Shown here: positions 9,907 through 19,255 of the stretch, piece by piece
Layout: each line of letters begins with the position of its first letter
How positions within the stretch are numbered: position 1 is the first letter of the stretch
Source of the DNA: an uncultured delta proteobacterium
Lineage (GTDB): Bacteria; Desulfobacterota; Binatia; HRBIN30; BPIQ01
Assembly: GCA_963761335.1 (NCBI GenBank)
Contig: CAVXGR010000017.1
Location: 32,001 to 96,000, forward strand
Direction: 5' to 3'
Length of the DNA stretch: 64,000 nucleotides
Made by a program: the position numbers and the translations under genes
Notes under the pieces: model-generated
What the model was told of the DNA's origin: nothing
Seen by the model: the letters and a program-made list of their open reading frames with translations, nothing else
The model's database searches: none

Positions 9907-9920
9907 GAGACAATTGTCTC
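9907..9920. promoter_or_regulatory. Perfect 14-bp palindrome GAGACAATTGTCTC, candidate operator
   Basis: Exact palindrome in the AT-richer region upstream of the 60-aa gene. Confidence 0.35.
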
Positions 9921-10000
9921 CCCGATAGCTGTCCCGGCGCGAAAACAACTGGGCGCAGCGCCTACCCGGCTTCGGGTTTTCCCTATCCACCCGTGAAGAA

Positions 10001-10072
10001 TGCCCCCGCCAGGAATCGAACCTGGACTTCAGGTTCCGGAGACCTGCGTGATATCCTTTTCACCACGGGGGC
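10001..10072 (-). tRNA. tRNA-Arg(CCG)
   Basis: Reverse complement folds as a cloverleaf: GCCCCCG acceptor stem, CAGGT-CTCCGGA-ACCTG anticodon arm, GGTTCGATTCC T-arm; CCA not encoded. Confidence 0.96.
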
Positions 10073-10188
10073 TGCACAACCGGAGGATCAGGGGGTAACA
10101 CACGGTGCCGGTATGCGTCAACGCAGCGGCGGCCGGGTTACCATCTGCGGGTGGACCGCAGTGGCCCGTCCTCTTCGGCGGGCGCGAT

Positions 10189-11253
10189 TCAATGGATCGT
10201 CGGCAGCTCCTCGCGGGAGCGAGCTGCCACCTCCTCGACGAGGCGGCGGGCGACCGCGAGGAAGGCCTGCGACTGCGCGTGTGCGGGCTGGGCGGTGACG
10301 ATCGGGGTGCCGGCGTCCCCGGCCTCGCGGATCTCGCGCACCAGCGGAATGTCCCCCAGGAAGGGGATGTCGAACTGCGCCGCCATCGCCTGGCCGCCGC
10401 CGTGGCCGAAGAGGTCGGCGCGGTCGCCGCAGCGCGGGCAGACGTGGAAGCTCATATTCTCGACGACCCCGAGAACCGGGGCGTTGACCTGCTGGAACAT
10501 GGTGATGCCCCGCTTCACATCGAGCAGGGCGACATCCTGCGGTGTGGTGACGATCAGCCCTCCGGAGAGCGGCACTTGCTGGGCGATGGTCAGCTGCGCA
10601 TCGCCCGTACCGGGGGGCAGGTCGAGGACGAGATAATCGAGCTCGCCCCACTCGACATCGCGCAGAAACTGGGTCAGCAGCTTGTTGATCATCGGCCCGC
10701 GCCAGATGATCGGGATGGCCTCGCCGACGAACATGCCCATGGAGATGACCTTGATGCCGTAGCGATCGATGGGAATGATGCGGTTGTCGTCGGTCATCGC
10801 CGGCCGCTCCTTGGTCCCCAGCATCAGCGGCACGCTCGGTCCGTAGACGTCGGCGTCGAGCAGCCCGACGCGATGGCCGAGGGCGTGCAGCGCCAGCGCC
10901 AGGTTGGTCGCCACCGTGGACTTGCCGACACCACCCTTGCCGCTGGCGACGGCGACCACGTGGCGGATACCGGGAATGCCCTGCGGTCCGCCGGCCGCCC
11001 GTCGCTGGGGTGGCTCGGGGGCCTCGATCACGATCTCGACCTCGCTGCCGCTGAAATTCCGCACCGCCTCGGTGACGCGCTCGCGGATCTCCGCGACGAC
11101 GTCGGGCTTCTGGGCAGTGACGGCGAGGGTGACGGTGATGCCGCGGCTGCCGATCTCGATATCGCGTACCATGCCGAAGGAGACGATGTCCCGGGTGAAT
11201 CCCGGGTACTTCACCTTGCGCAACTCGTCGAGAATTTCCTGCGGTGTCGGCAT
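10189..11253 (-). CDS. mrp: Mrp/ApbC/NBP35 Fe-S cluster carrier ATPase with N-terminal DUF59-like domain
   Basis: SGKGGVGKST, DADVYGPS, WRGPM, DLPPGTGD, ENMS..CPRC. Confidence 0.95.
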   Translation of the reverse strand: MPTPQEILDELRKVKYPGFTRDIVSFGMVRDIEIGSRGITVTLAVTAQKPDVVAEIRERVTEAVRNFSGSEVEIVIEAPEPPQRRAAGGPQGIPGIRHVVAVASGKGGVGKSTVATNLALALHALGHRVGLLDADVYGPSVPLMLGTKERPAMTDDNRIIPIDRYGIKVISMGMFVGEAIPIIWRGPMINKLLTQFLRDVEWGELDYLVLDLPPGTGDAQLTIAQQVPLSGGLIVTTPQDVALLDVKRGITMFQQVNAPVLGVVENMSFHVCPRCGDRADLFGHGGGQAMAAQFDIPFLGDIPLVREIREAGDAGTPIVTAQPAHAQSQAFLAVARRLVEEVAARSREELPTIH

Positions 11254-11275
11254 GCCGATATCTCCGTATGATTGC

Positions 11276-12451
11276 CTAGCGACGCCGCTGCTGGAGCTCG
11301 GCGCGCGCCTGGTGGGGAGTCACGATCAGTGAGCTCTGGGCCCGCTCGACCTCCTGCGCCCGCTCGGCCCGCAGATAGAGGACGATGCTCGAGCGCAACA
11401 GGGTTTCGCAAAAGGGAATGCCGGCTCCGCCGCGGGGACTGGACTCGAGAGCCCGGGCGACGGCCAGGGCGCGCCGGGCGGCGTCGCGTCTCTGCGAGGC
11501 GTGGAAGACCCATGCCATGTCCAGCAGCTGCCGGGCGATGCTCGCCTGCTTCTCGCCGCCGAACTCGGTGCTCACCGCCTCGGTAACCAGGGCATCGATC
11601 CGCTCCGCCTTTTGCGCCTCGTTCAATACCAGCGGACTCTCCTCCACGTCGCGAATGCGCTCGAGGAGGGAGCGCAGCTCGTCCTGGGTGAAGAACCAGG
11701 TGCGCAGCTCGGGCTCGCGCAGCAGCTCGTCGGAGGTGGCCAGCAGCGACTCGTCGGCGGCGACGGCGTCGCGGTCGAGAGCGGCGAAGATCGGGTGAGG
11801 CATCTGCTCCGGCGGCGGCTTCGTGCTGATCTCGGTGCGCAGGCGCGGATAGTCGCCGGTGACCTGCGTGCCGCGCTCGCCGGCCCAGCGCCAGGCCTGC
11901 GCCATGCGGTAGTCGCAGTATTGCCAGTCCACCTCGACGATGCGGATCTCGTGCTTCCGCTGCAGGTCTTCGCGGAGATGGCGGATGGCCTTGCGGGTAA
12001 CCACGTTCAGCTCCGCCTCACGCATGCCGAGCGGGTCATTGACGACGGCGTAGAGGTGCACGATGCCGCCCGGCACCGGACGCAGAAGCCAGAAGAACTG
12101 ATCGCCGGCCCCGTCGCTCGGCGACATGTAGCCCTCGATTGGTGGCGGGCCGAGGCGCAGAGGTTCCTCGCGCGGCTGCTCGGGAACGACGACGCCGCGC
12201 TGTTGGAGGCGAAAGAGCGAGCGCCGCAGCTCCTTGCGCAGCGCCTTGCTCGCGGCCGCCGCCGCCAGCTCCACCAGCGCTGCGGCGGCCGCGGCGTCCG
12301 TGTGTCTGCCGAGACGGGCGGCGATGGCCAGGTCCGCGTCGGCGTCGCGTCCCCAGGCAGCGCGCAGCGCCTCGAGGTCGTCGCCCACGCCCCACTCCCG
12401 GAGCCGTTCCTCGCCCCGGCCCCCGCCGTCACTGCCCTGCTCCTTTGCCAT
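11276..12451 (-). CDS. Hypothetical protein (helical, about 390 aa)
   Basis: Long ORF with coding-like composition, co-oriented with mrp; no recognisable motif. Confidence 0.7.
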   Translation of the reverse strand: MAKEQGSDGGGRGEERLREWGVGDDLEALRAAWGRDADADLAIAARLGRHTDAAAAAALVELAAAAASKALRKELRRSLFRLQQRGVVVPEQPREEPLRLGPPPIEGYMSPSDGAGDQFFWLLRPVPGGIVHLYAVVNDPLGMREAELNVVTRKAIRHLREDLQRKHEIRIVEVDWQYCDYRMAQAWRWAGERGTQVTGDYPRLRTEISTKPPPEQMPHPIFAALDRDAVAADESLLATSDELLREPELRTWFFTQDELRSLLERIRDVEESPLVLNEAQKAERIDALVTEAVSTEFGGEKQASIARQLLDMAWVFHASQRRDAARRALAVARALESSPRGGAGIPFCETLLRSSIVLYLRAERAQEVERAQSSLIVTPHQARAELQQRRR

Positions 12452-12659
12452 CGTCCCACTGCTACCATTCCGCCGGGGGCGGGAAAAGGCGGGGCCGGGG
12501 GCGCGATTTTTTTGTTTCAATTTGATTTTTCCTGCGATAACGTCCGTTCACGACCGCTGATCTGCGGCGAAGATTGCGAAACGATTCGGCGGGGTAGGAG
12601 CGGGCGCATGAGCGCGGCGGTGGAGGGGTTTGTCTCGTCGGGCCAGGAGAACCGGACAT

Positions 12660-13130
12660 ATGGATCGACCAGCGATACACGACCTTCCCAAGGCAGACAT
12701 CGTCAACCAGCTGCGCGCTCTCGGGCTGTCGGTCGAGGCAGCGAGCCCGATGTCGCGTCACGACTTTTTGGTCGACGGTCGTGTCCGTGTCGCCGTGCGC
12801 GTCGCTTTTCCGAGCGCGTCTCGCCGCCGTGTCAAGGTCGGACGCCGCAAGTACAGCTACGTGTATCGAGCCTGGAACTTCAACTTCCACCACCGGGGCG
12901 TGGTCGGCGAGCGCTACAGCGACTTCTTCGTCTGCGTCGCTCTGGGCACCGGCAATCCCATGTCCATGGAGGAAGCCTTCATCATTCCCTGGGACGCGCT
13001 CACCGGCAAGACGTTCTACCTCCCCGAAGCGCGGCGCACGTACCGCGGCAAGTTCAAGGTCTTCCGCAACGCCTGGGAGCAGGTGGTTGCGGCCGCCCGC
13101 AGCGGCTCGGTCGATTCCCGCGCCGCCTGA
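12660..13130 (+). CDS. Hypothetical basic protein, PD-(D/E)XK-like fold with degenerate active site
   Basis: RBS AGGAGA; HDFLVDGRVRVAVR, YSDFFVCV, AFIIP and FRNAW pattern resembles restriction-endonuclease-like folds. Confidence 0.65.
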   Translation: MDRPAIHDLPKADIVNQLRALGLSVEAASPMSRHDFLVDGRVRVAVRVAFPSASRRRVKVGRRKYSYVYRAWNFNFHHRGVVGERYSDFFVCVALGTGNPMSMEEAFIIPWDALTGKTFYLPEARRTYRGKFKVFRNAWEQVVAAARSGSVDSRAA

Positions 13131-13137
13131 GCCGCGG

Positions 13138-13878
13138 TCAGAGCGTCACCACCAGTCCGTCGCTCGCCAGCTCTTCGCTGATCTCCTCGCGTCGCGCCAG
13201 CACTTCGCGACCGAGGTGCGTCAGCACCAGGCGCCGGCAGCCGAGACGATCGCGGTTCTCGGCGATACGCGGGTAATCGAGATGGTTGTCGGTGCGCGTC
13301 TCGAAGAAGCTGCACTCGCAGATGAAGAGATCGCTGTCGCGGGTCTGCTCGACGAGCTCCTCGGTCCAGCCGGAATCTCCCGAGTAGACGAGCACACGCC
13401 CGGCCAGGTGTAGGCGCAGGCCGAGGGAGATGTCCCTCTGCTGGTGCGGCACCTGGAAGGGCAGCACCGCGGCCCCGCAGAGCGACTGCGGCCGTCCGGG
13501 TGGGAGGTCGATGAACTCCACTGGAAAGGGCAGCGGGCGACTCGCGGTCTCTCGATACATGGCGCGGAACACGCCGCGCACCCGCGCCTCGGTGCCGGGT
13601 GGTCCGGCGATGCGCAGCGGCCGCCGGCGTGGGCGCTCGGAGATGAGCTCGAGAAAGAGAAAGGGGAGGCCCGCGAAATGGTCCCCGTGAAAATGGCTGA
13701 GGATCACCGCGTCGATCGCCTCGGCGGAGATGTGGTGGCGCTTCATCGAGAGCAGCGAGGTCGGACCGCAATCGAGTAGCAGAGTCGTTCCCGCCGCCTC
13801 GACCAGGTAGCCGGCCATGCAATTGCCCCCGGAACCGAAGGCGTCGCCTGCGCCGAGGAAGGTGACGCGCACCTCCAT
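13138..13878 (-). CDS. MBL-fold metallo-hydrolase (RNase Z/BN-like)
   Basis: VTFLGAGDA, LLDCG, SHFHGDH, YSGDS, LTHL. Confidence 0.9.
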   Translation of the reverse strand: MEVRVTFLGAGDAFGSGGNCMAGYLVEAAGTTLLLDCGPTSLLSMKRHHISAEAIDAVILSHFHGDHFAGLPFLFLELISERPRRRPLRIAGPPGTEARVRGVFRAMYRETASRPLPFPVEFIDLPPGRPQSLCGAAVLPFQVPHQQRDISLGLRLHLAGRVLVYSGDSGWTEELVEQTRDSDLFICECSFFETRTDNHLDYPRIAENRDRLGCRRLVLTHLGREVLARREEISEELASDGLVVTL

Positions 13879-13880
13879 GC

Positions 13881-16800
13881 TCAACCCCGGCTGCAGAGGC
13901 GACCGATCTCGCGCATGACCACGACCAGCGCCGCCAGCGTCGGCCGCGAAGCGCTCTTCACGTCCTTCATCACCGAGCCGATCGCCTCGAGCTGAGCGGC
14001 GTGGACGCGGCCGTACTCCTCGAGGCAGCGGCCGACGTCGTCGCCTCGCTGGCCGCAGTTGAGGATGTTTTGGGTGATCACCCGCCGGGCGTATACCAGT
14101 CCCTCGGCAAGCCCAGCCGCGGCGCGCTGCTCCCAACGATCCTCGCCCGCGGCGACGGTTAAGGTCTGCTGGAGCCAGTCGAGATCGATGAGCGAGTTGA
14201 TGCGGTAATAGATCTCGCCGGCGAGACCGACCGCCGTCTGCATCTCGATCGAGAGATGCGCGATCTCCAGCATCTCCGCCAGATAGTCGAGGCGCGCCAG
14301 TCGCCTCGCGGCTTCGCCCTCGAGCCCCTCCGCCTCCAGGGCTGCCTGCTGGTCCTGCGCTCGTGCCAGCGCCTCGGGCGGCAACAGGGCGTCCAGATGC
14401 GCCCCCAGCTCGAATACCGGTCCCTTCAGGCGACTGATGACCTCTGTCGCGGTATCTGTTGGACTTTGCGTCTGAATCGTCCAGTGGCAAGCGCGCTCGA
14501 TGGCCTCTTCGAGGGCGAGCATGGCGGCGACCTGAAGATTGTAGGGCAGGCCGGTCGGCGGATCGAGGAGCCGCTCATAGAGGGGCGCGGCGTCGGCGAT
14601 GGCGACGGCGACCACCCAAGCGCGCACCACGGCGGCGGCATCACTGCCGGTGTCGCGCTGCAGGCGCGACACGAAGGTCATGCCCGCAACGTCGATCAAC
14701 CGGTTGGCCACCTCTACGGCGATGATCTCGCGCCGCAAGCGGTGGCTGCGCACCGCGTGCCGGAAGCGCTCGATCACCGGGCGAGGGAAGTACGCGTCGA
14801 GGTACTGCTCGAGAGCCGGATCGTCCGGCAGAGCCGAGCTGAGAAGCCGGTGTTGGAGGGCGAGCTTGGAATGCGCCAGCAAGACGGCGAGCTCCGGGCG
14901 CGTGAGGCCGAGGAAGCTCGCTCGCCGTCCGCGCAGCGTCTCCCGGTCGGGAAGGCGATCCAGGGCTCGGTCGAGCTCGCTCTCGGTCTCCAGCCGGCGC
15001 ATCAGCTCGAGGAAATCGTAGAGACGCTTCTGGCTTCGTTGCTGCTCGATGCTGAGCGCCAGGGCCTGGCGGCGATTGGTGGCCAGCACGTGTGCGGCGA
15101 CGGCGTCGCCGACGTCGGTGAGCACGCGGTTGCGTTCCGCCGGTGCCAGCTCGCCGCTCTCCAGCAGCGGTCCGAGGGCGATCTTCAGATTCACCTCGTG
15201 GTCGGACATGTTGACGCCACCGGCGTTGTCGATGGCGTCGGTGTTGATGTGCCCGCCGCGCAGTGCGTACTCGATGCGCGCGCTCTGCGTGAAGCCGAGA
15301 TTGCCGCCTTCGCCGGCGACCCGGGCCCGCAGGCGGTCGGCATCGACGCGGACGTTGTCGTTGGCGCTGTCGCCGACGTCGGTGTGCGTTTCGGCGCTGG
15401 CTTTGACGTAGGTGCCGACACCGCCGTTCCACAGCAGGTCGACTCGCATGCAGAGGACGGCGCAAATCAGCTCCTCGCCACTCATCTCCGCGGCGTCCAC
15501 GTCCAGCATCTCCCGGACCTCGGGGCTGAGGGCGATCTTCTTCGCGGTGCGCAGGTAGACGCCGCCGCCGCCGCTGATGCGGTCGTTGCGGTAGTCGTCC
15601 CAGCCGGAGTTCGGCAAGGCGAACAGACGCTGGCGCTCCTCGAACGACGCCTTCGGGTCGGGGTCGGGATCGAGGAAGATATGACGGTGATTGAAGGCGG
15701 CGCGCAGGCGCAGGTGGGGCGACAGCAGCATGGCGTTGCCGAAGACGTCGCCGCTCATGTCGCCGATACCGGCGACCGTGATCGGGTCGCGGTCGGCGTC
15801 GGCGCCGAGCTCGCGGAAGTGGCGCCGCACGCACTCCCAGCCGCCGCGGGCGGTGATGCCGAAGGCCTTGTGGTCGTAGCCGTGCGAGCCTCCCGAGGCG
15901 AAGGCATCGCCCAACCAGAACTGGTGCGCCAGAGCCAGCTGGTTGGCGATGTCGGAAAAGGTGGCCGTGCCCTTGTCGGCGGCCACCACCAGATAGCGAT
16001 CGGGCTCGTCATAGAGGACGCCCTCGGCCGGGACCAGCCGCCCGTGCCCCAAGTTGTCGGTGAGTGCCAGCAGGCTCGAGACGAAGGTGCGATACGCCTC
16101 GATCGTCTGGCTCTTGCTGGGCGTGGTGCCGGCGCTGCCGCGCACCAAAAACCCGCCCTTGGCGCCGGTTGGAACGATCACCGCGTTCTTGGCCATCTGC
16201 GTCTTCATCAGGTCGAGAACCTCGGTGCGGTAGTCGTGGGTGCGGTCGCTCAGGCGCAGGCCGCCGCGGGCGACGCGCCCGGCGCGCAGGTGCACGCCCT
16301 CGGTGTGCGGTGCATAGACGAAGATCTCGAAGAGCGGTCGCGGCCGCGGCAGGTGCGACAGGCGGGCGGACTCGATCTTGACGGCGAGCGCCTCCGGCGG
16401 CGCCGCGGCGAAGAAGTTGCTGCGCACGGTGGCGGTCATGGTCGCCAGCAGGGCGCGCAGGATGCGGTCGTCGAGCACCGTCTCGACGGCGTCCAGGCTG
16501 CCGAGAACGCGCTGCTCGAGCTTCGGCAGCGTCTCTGCCAGGCGCTCGCGCGGGCTGCCACCGGACGGCTCGAAGCGGGCGCCGAAGTACTCCCAGAGCA
16601 GGCGCGCCGTCTGCGGGTAGCGCGACAGCGCATCGGTGCACACCGCCAGAGTCGCGACCCCGGCCTGCGCGGCGTGATTGGCGTAGACGCGGAGCAGATT
16701 GACCTGGCGCCAGGAGAGTGCCGCGGCGCTGATCAGGCAGTTCAGGCCGTCGTCGATCAAGTGGCCGTTGCGTTGCGCCAGAATCGCCTCTCCGAGCAGA

Positions 16801-18722
16801 GGCGCGGTGCGCTCGAGGTTGAAGGAGTCCGGCCGGCGCGGCTGCACCGCGAAGGCGCGGATGTGAGCCGTGCCGAGGTCGGGCAAGGGCACCTCCAGGG
16901 CGTCGTCGCCGAAGACGCGCAGGCCGAGGTTCTCGAGCACCGGCAGGAAGTCGCTCAGCACCAGCTCGTCGAGGAGATACAGCTTCACCGCCACGAAGCG
17001 GGTGTCCTCGGCGGCGGAGAGATCGACCTGCGGCTCGCGGGTGCGCTGCAGATCCTCGAGAAAGGCGACGTCGCGCGCCGCCTGCTCCACCGCCGTGGCC
17101 GCCTTGTACTGCGGCGGGAAGAGGCGCGCGTAGCGCTGTGCCAGGGAGCGCGCCCCGGGGATCTTGCCGCTCGAGACCAGGATGTCGCGGAGGCGATCGT
17201 CCCAGGTCCGCAGCATCTCGCGCACCTCGCGCCGGAGCTCGTCGCTGCCGATGCGGACCGCCGTCTCCGGCGCAGCGGCGATGTAGAAGTGCAGCCGCGC
17301 CAGCTCGCTCTCGTCCACCGACACGTGGTGATCGAGCAGTATGCCGGAGCTGGCGCGCACCACCGCCGCCTCGATGCGCCAGCGCAGGTCCGCGGAGTAT
17401 TGGTCTCGCGGCAGCACGACCATGACGAAGATGCCGCGCCCCACACTGTCGGGGCGGACGGAGACGTTGACTTCGTTCGACTGCTCGGCGGCGAGCACGA
17501 CGCGGATGTCGTCACGCAGCTCCTCGGCTGTGGCGGCGAACAGGTACTCCTTGGGAAACGAGTTGAAGAAGGTGACGATGGCGCGATAGTCGTGGGATCC
17601 ATCGAGGGCGCCTTCGGCGGCGAGGATGGCGCCCAGCTTGCGGCGCAGCAACGGCACCCCGGCCGCCTCCTCATCGTAGGCTCGGGCGGTGAACAGGCCG
17701 ATGAAGCGGCGCTCGCGGCGGATGCGGCCGCGGCGGTCGAAGTCGCGCACGCCGATGTAGTCCATGCGTGCGCGGCGGTGAATGGGGCTCTCGGTATTGG
17801 TCTTGGTGATGATGAAAGGCGGCGCCTCGAGCAGGCGCTTGCCCAGCGCCGAGGGAAGCTCGCGCAGAAGCGGGCGAGCGGCAAAACGCGAGCGGTCCTC
17901 CTTGCGCATCAGCCCGAGCCCCGAGCCCGGCTCGATGGTGACCCGTTGGTCGGGCTCCTCGCCGCCGAGCCGGTACTCGCGGAACCCCAGAAAGACGAAG
18001 CTGCCCTGGCCGAGCCATTCGAGGAAAGCGGCGAACTCTTCCGGGGGCGGCTCGCCGGCAACGGCATCCGGGCGTTGACGCAGCTCCTCGGCAATCAGGG
18101 AAGCGGTGCGGCGCATCGCCTGGTAGTCGTCGGTTACCAGCAGCACGTCGCGCAAGCGGTCGTGGAGGTCGCTCTCCAGCGACGCCAGCGTCTCGGCCTC
18201 GGCGACGCGCTCGATCTCGGCGTGCACGAAGGATTCGTGCCGCAGCAGCCGCTCGGGCGCGGCAATCGACACCGCCGCCTGCCGCGCGTCGCGCTCGCAG
18301 CCGAGCACTGGGTGCAGGAAGGTGCGGATGGCGCAGCCCTGCGCGTGCAGCGCCTCGCGTACGGTATCGACGATGAAGGGGCGATCGGCGAGCGCGGTCT
18401 CCACCACCGTCACCGGTGCGTCCCAGCCATCGCGCTCGAACTCCGGGTTGAAGACGCGCAGGCGCGGCTCGGGGCCGGGAGCGGCGAAGAATCGGTAGGC
18501 GCTGACGCACATGCCGATCAGCGATTCCTCGCCGCTGCGCTCGGCGTACTCGCTCCCGGCGCGGCCGAGGAGCAGACGGGCGAAAGTTTCGGCCGGGGCC
18601 CGCTCGCCGGGGGGAAGGCGTCCCTGGAGGTGCTCGAACAGCTGACGCTGCTGCGGGGGCTCGGCGGGCGCCTGAGCGCGCTCCTCCATCAGGCGAGCGA
18701 TGGCGCGGGTGAACTCGGCCAC
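13881..18722 (-). CDS. gdhB: Large NAD-specific glutamate dehydrogenase (about 180 kDa class)
   Basis: 1613 aa; ARGGLRLSDR, KNAVIVPTGAKGGF, VAADKGTATFSD, GDAFASGGS, GIGDMSGDVFGN, NTDAIDNAGGV. Confidence 0.96.
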   Translation of the reverse strand: MAEFTRAIARLMEERAQAPAEPPQQRQLFEHLQGRLPPGERAPAETFARLLLGRAGSEYAERSGEESLIGMCVSAYRFFAAPGPEPRLRVFNPEFERDGWDAPVTVVETALADRPFIVDTVREALHAQGCAIRTFLHPVLGCERDARQAAVSIAAPERLLRHESFVHAEIERVAEAETLASLESDLHDRLRDVLLVTDDYQAMRRTASLIAEELRQRPDAVAGEPPPEEFAAFLEWLGQGSFVFLGFREYRLGGEEPDQRVTIEPGSGLGLMRKEDRSRFAARPLLRELPSALGKRLLEAPPFIITKTNTESPIHRRARMDYIGVRDFDRRGRIRRERRFIGLFTARAYDEEAAGVPLLRRKLGAILAAEGALDGSHDYRAIVTFFNSFPKEYLFAATAEELRDDIRVVLAAEQSNEVNVSVRPDSVGRGIFVMVVLPRDQYSADLRWRIEAAVVRASSGILLDHHVSVDESELARLHFYIAAAPETAVRIGSDELRREVREMLRTWDDRLRDILVSSGKIPGARSLAQRYARLFPPQYKAATAVEQAARDVAFLEDLQRTREPQVDLSAAEDTRFVAVKLYLLDELVLSDFLPVLENLGLRVFGDDALEVPLPDLGTAHIRAFAVQPRRPDSFNLERTAPLLGEAILAQRNGHLIDDGLNCLISAAALSWRQVNLLRVYANHAAQAGVATLAVCTDALSRYPQTARLLWEYFGARFEPSGGSPRERLAETLPKLEQRVLGSLDAVETVLDDRILRALLATMTATVRSNFFAAAPPEALAVKIESARLSHLPRPRPLFEIFVYAPHTEGVHLRAGRVARGGLRLSDRTHDYRTEVLDLMKTQMAKNAVIVPTGAKGGFLVRGSAGTTPSKSQTIEAYRTFVSSLLALTDNLGHGRLVPAEGVLYDEPDRYLVVAADKGTATFSDIANQLALAHQFWLGDAFASGGSHGYDHKAFGITARGGWECVRRHFRELGADADRDPITVAGIGDMSGDVFGNAMLLSPHLRLRAAFNHRHIFLDPDPDPKASFEERQRLFALPNSGWDDYRNDRISGGGGVYLRTAKKIALSPEVREMLDVDAAEMSGEELICAVLCMRVDLLWNGGVGTYVKASAETHTDVGDSANDNVRVDADRLRARVAGEGGNLGFTQSARIEYALRGGHINTDAIDNAGGVNMSDHEVNLKIALGPLLESGELAPAERNRVLTDVGDAVAAHVLATNRRQALALSIEQQRSQKRLYDFLELMRRLETESELDRALDRLPDRETLRGRRASFLGLTRPELAVLLAHSKLALQHRLLSSALPDDPALEQYLDAYFPRPVIERFRHAVRSHRLRREIIAVEVANRLIDVAGMTFVSRLQRDTGSDAAAVVRAWVVAVAIADAAPLYERLLDPPTGLPYNLQVAAMLALEEAIERACHWTIQTQSPTDTATEVISRLKGPVFELGAHLDALLPPEALARAQDQQAALEAEGLEGEAARRLARLDYLAEMLEIAHLSIEMQTAVGLAGEIYYRINSLIDLDWLQQTLTVAAGEDRWEQRAAAGLAEGLVYARRVITQNILNCGQRGDDVGRCLEEYGRVHAAQLEAIGSVMKDVKSASRPTLAALVVVMREIGRLCSRG

Positions 18723-18725
18723 GAC

Positions 18726-19181
18726 TCAGCTCCCGGCGACCTGCAGATCGAGGCCGTACTCCCGGGCGCCCTCGAGCAGCCCCGCGGCTCCCGGCAGCTC
18801 CGCGTTGGCCCCGGCGGCGCTCGGCGCCCACGAAAGGCTGGCGCAGGCGCGCCTACGGGCACGCGCGAAGGCGAAGTCGAGAAGTTGGCGCTCGAGACCG
18901 AGACCGCGATGAGGCTCGGCCACTGCCAGCTGCTCGACGCGGGCGCGCTGCCCACTGTTGAGCTGGCGGACGTAGCTGACGTGCAGCACGCCGACGGGCC
19001 TACCGTCGGTCTCGGCAACGTAGAGATCCGACCCGAGATCGGCCGCGATGCGCCGGAAGCGGCGCAGGCTGGCCCGGTCCGGCGGTGGCGCCGGCCGCAC
19101 GCCATCCGCGAGAAGCTCCATCACCGCGGTGAAGTCGAGCCTGCGGCCGCGCCGGATCTTGTATCGGGCCTGTTCCGTCAT
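18726..19181 (-). CDS. GNAT family N-acetyltransferase
   Basis: VEQLAVAEPHRGLGL acetyl-CoA motif (second Gly replaced); in operon with gdh. Confidence 0.75.
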   Translation of the reverse strand: MTEQARYKIRRGRRLDFTAVMELLADGVRPAPPPDRASLRRFRRIAADLGSDLYVAETDGRPVGVLHVSYVRQLNSGQRARVEQLAVAEPHRGLGLERQLLDFAFARARRRACASLSWAPSAAGANAELPGAAGLLEGAREYGLDLQVAGS

Positions 19182-19255
19182 TCGTTCCAGTATTAGAGGA
19201 AAGAAAAGCGAGTTGCACGCCGGCGCGCCGTGCATTCCGCGGGCCCCTCGCTATC

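Noticed and set aside
9534..10072. Integrated element at tRNA-Arg
   Set aside because: No integrase and no duplicated tRNA 3' end found in the window
12480..12659. Riboswitch in the long leader upstream of the 12660 gene
   Set aside because: No recognisable aptamer motif by eye; an Rfam/Infernal scan would be needed
14256..19196. 1646-aa plus-strand ORF antisense to gdhB
   Set aside because: Shadow ORF expected from high-GC codon bias; no motifs, and the opposite strand is a clear GDH
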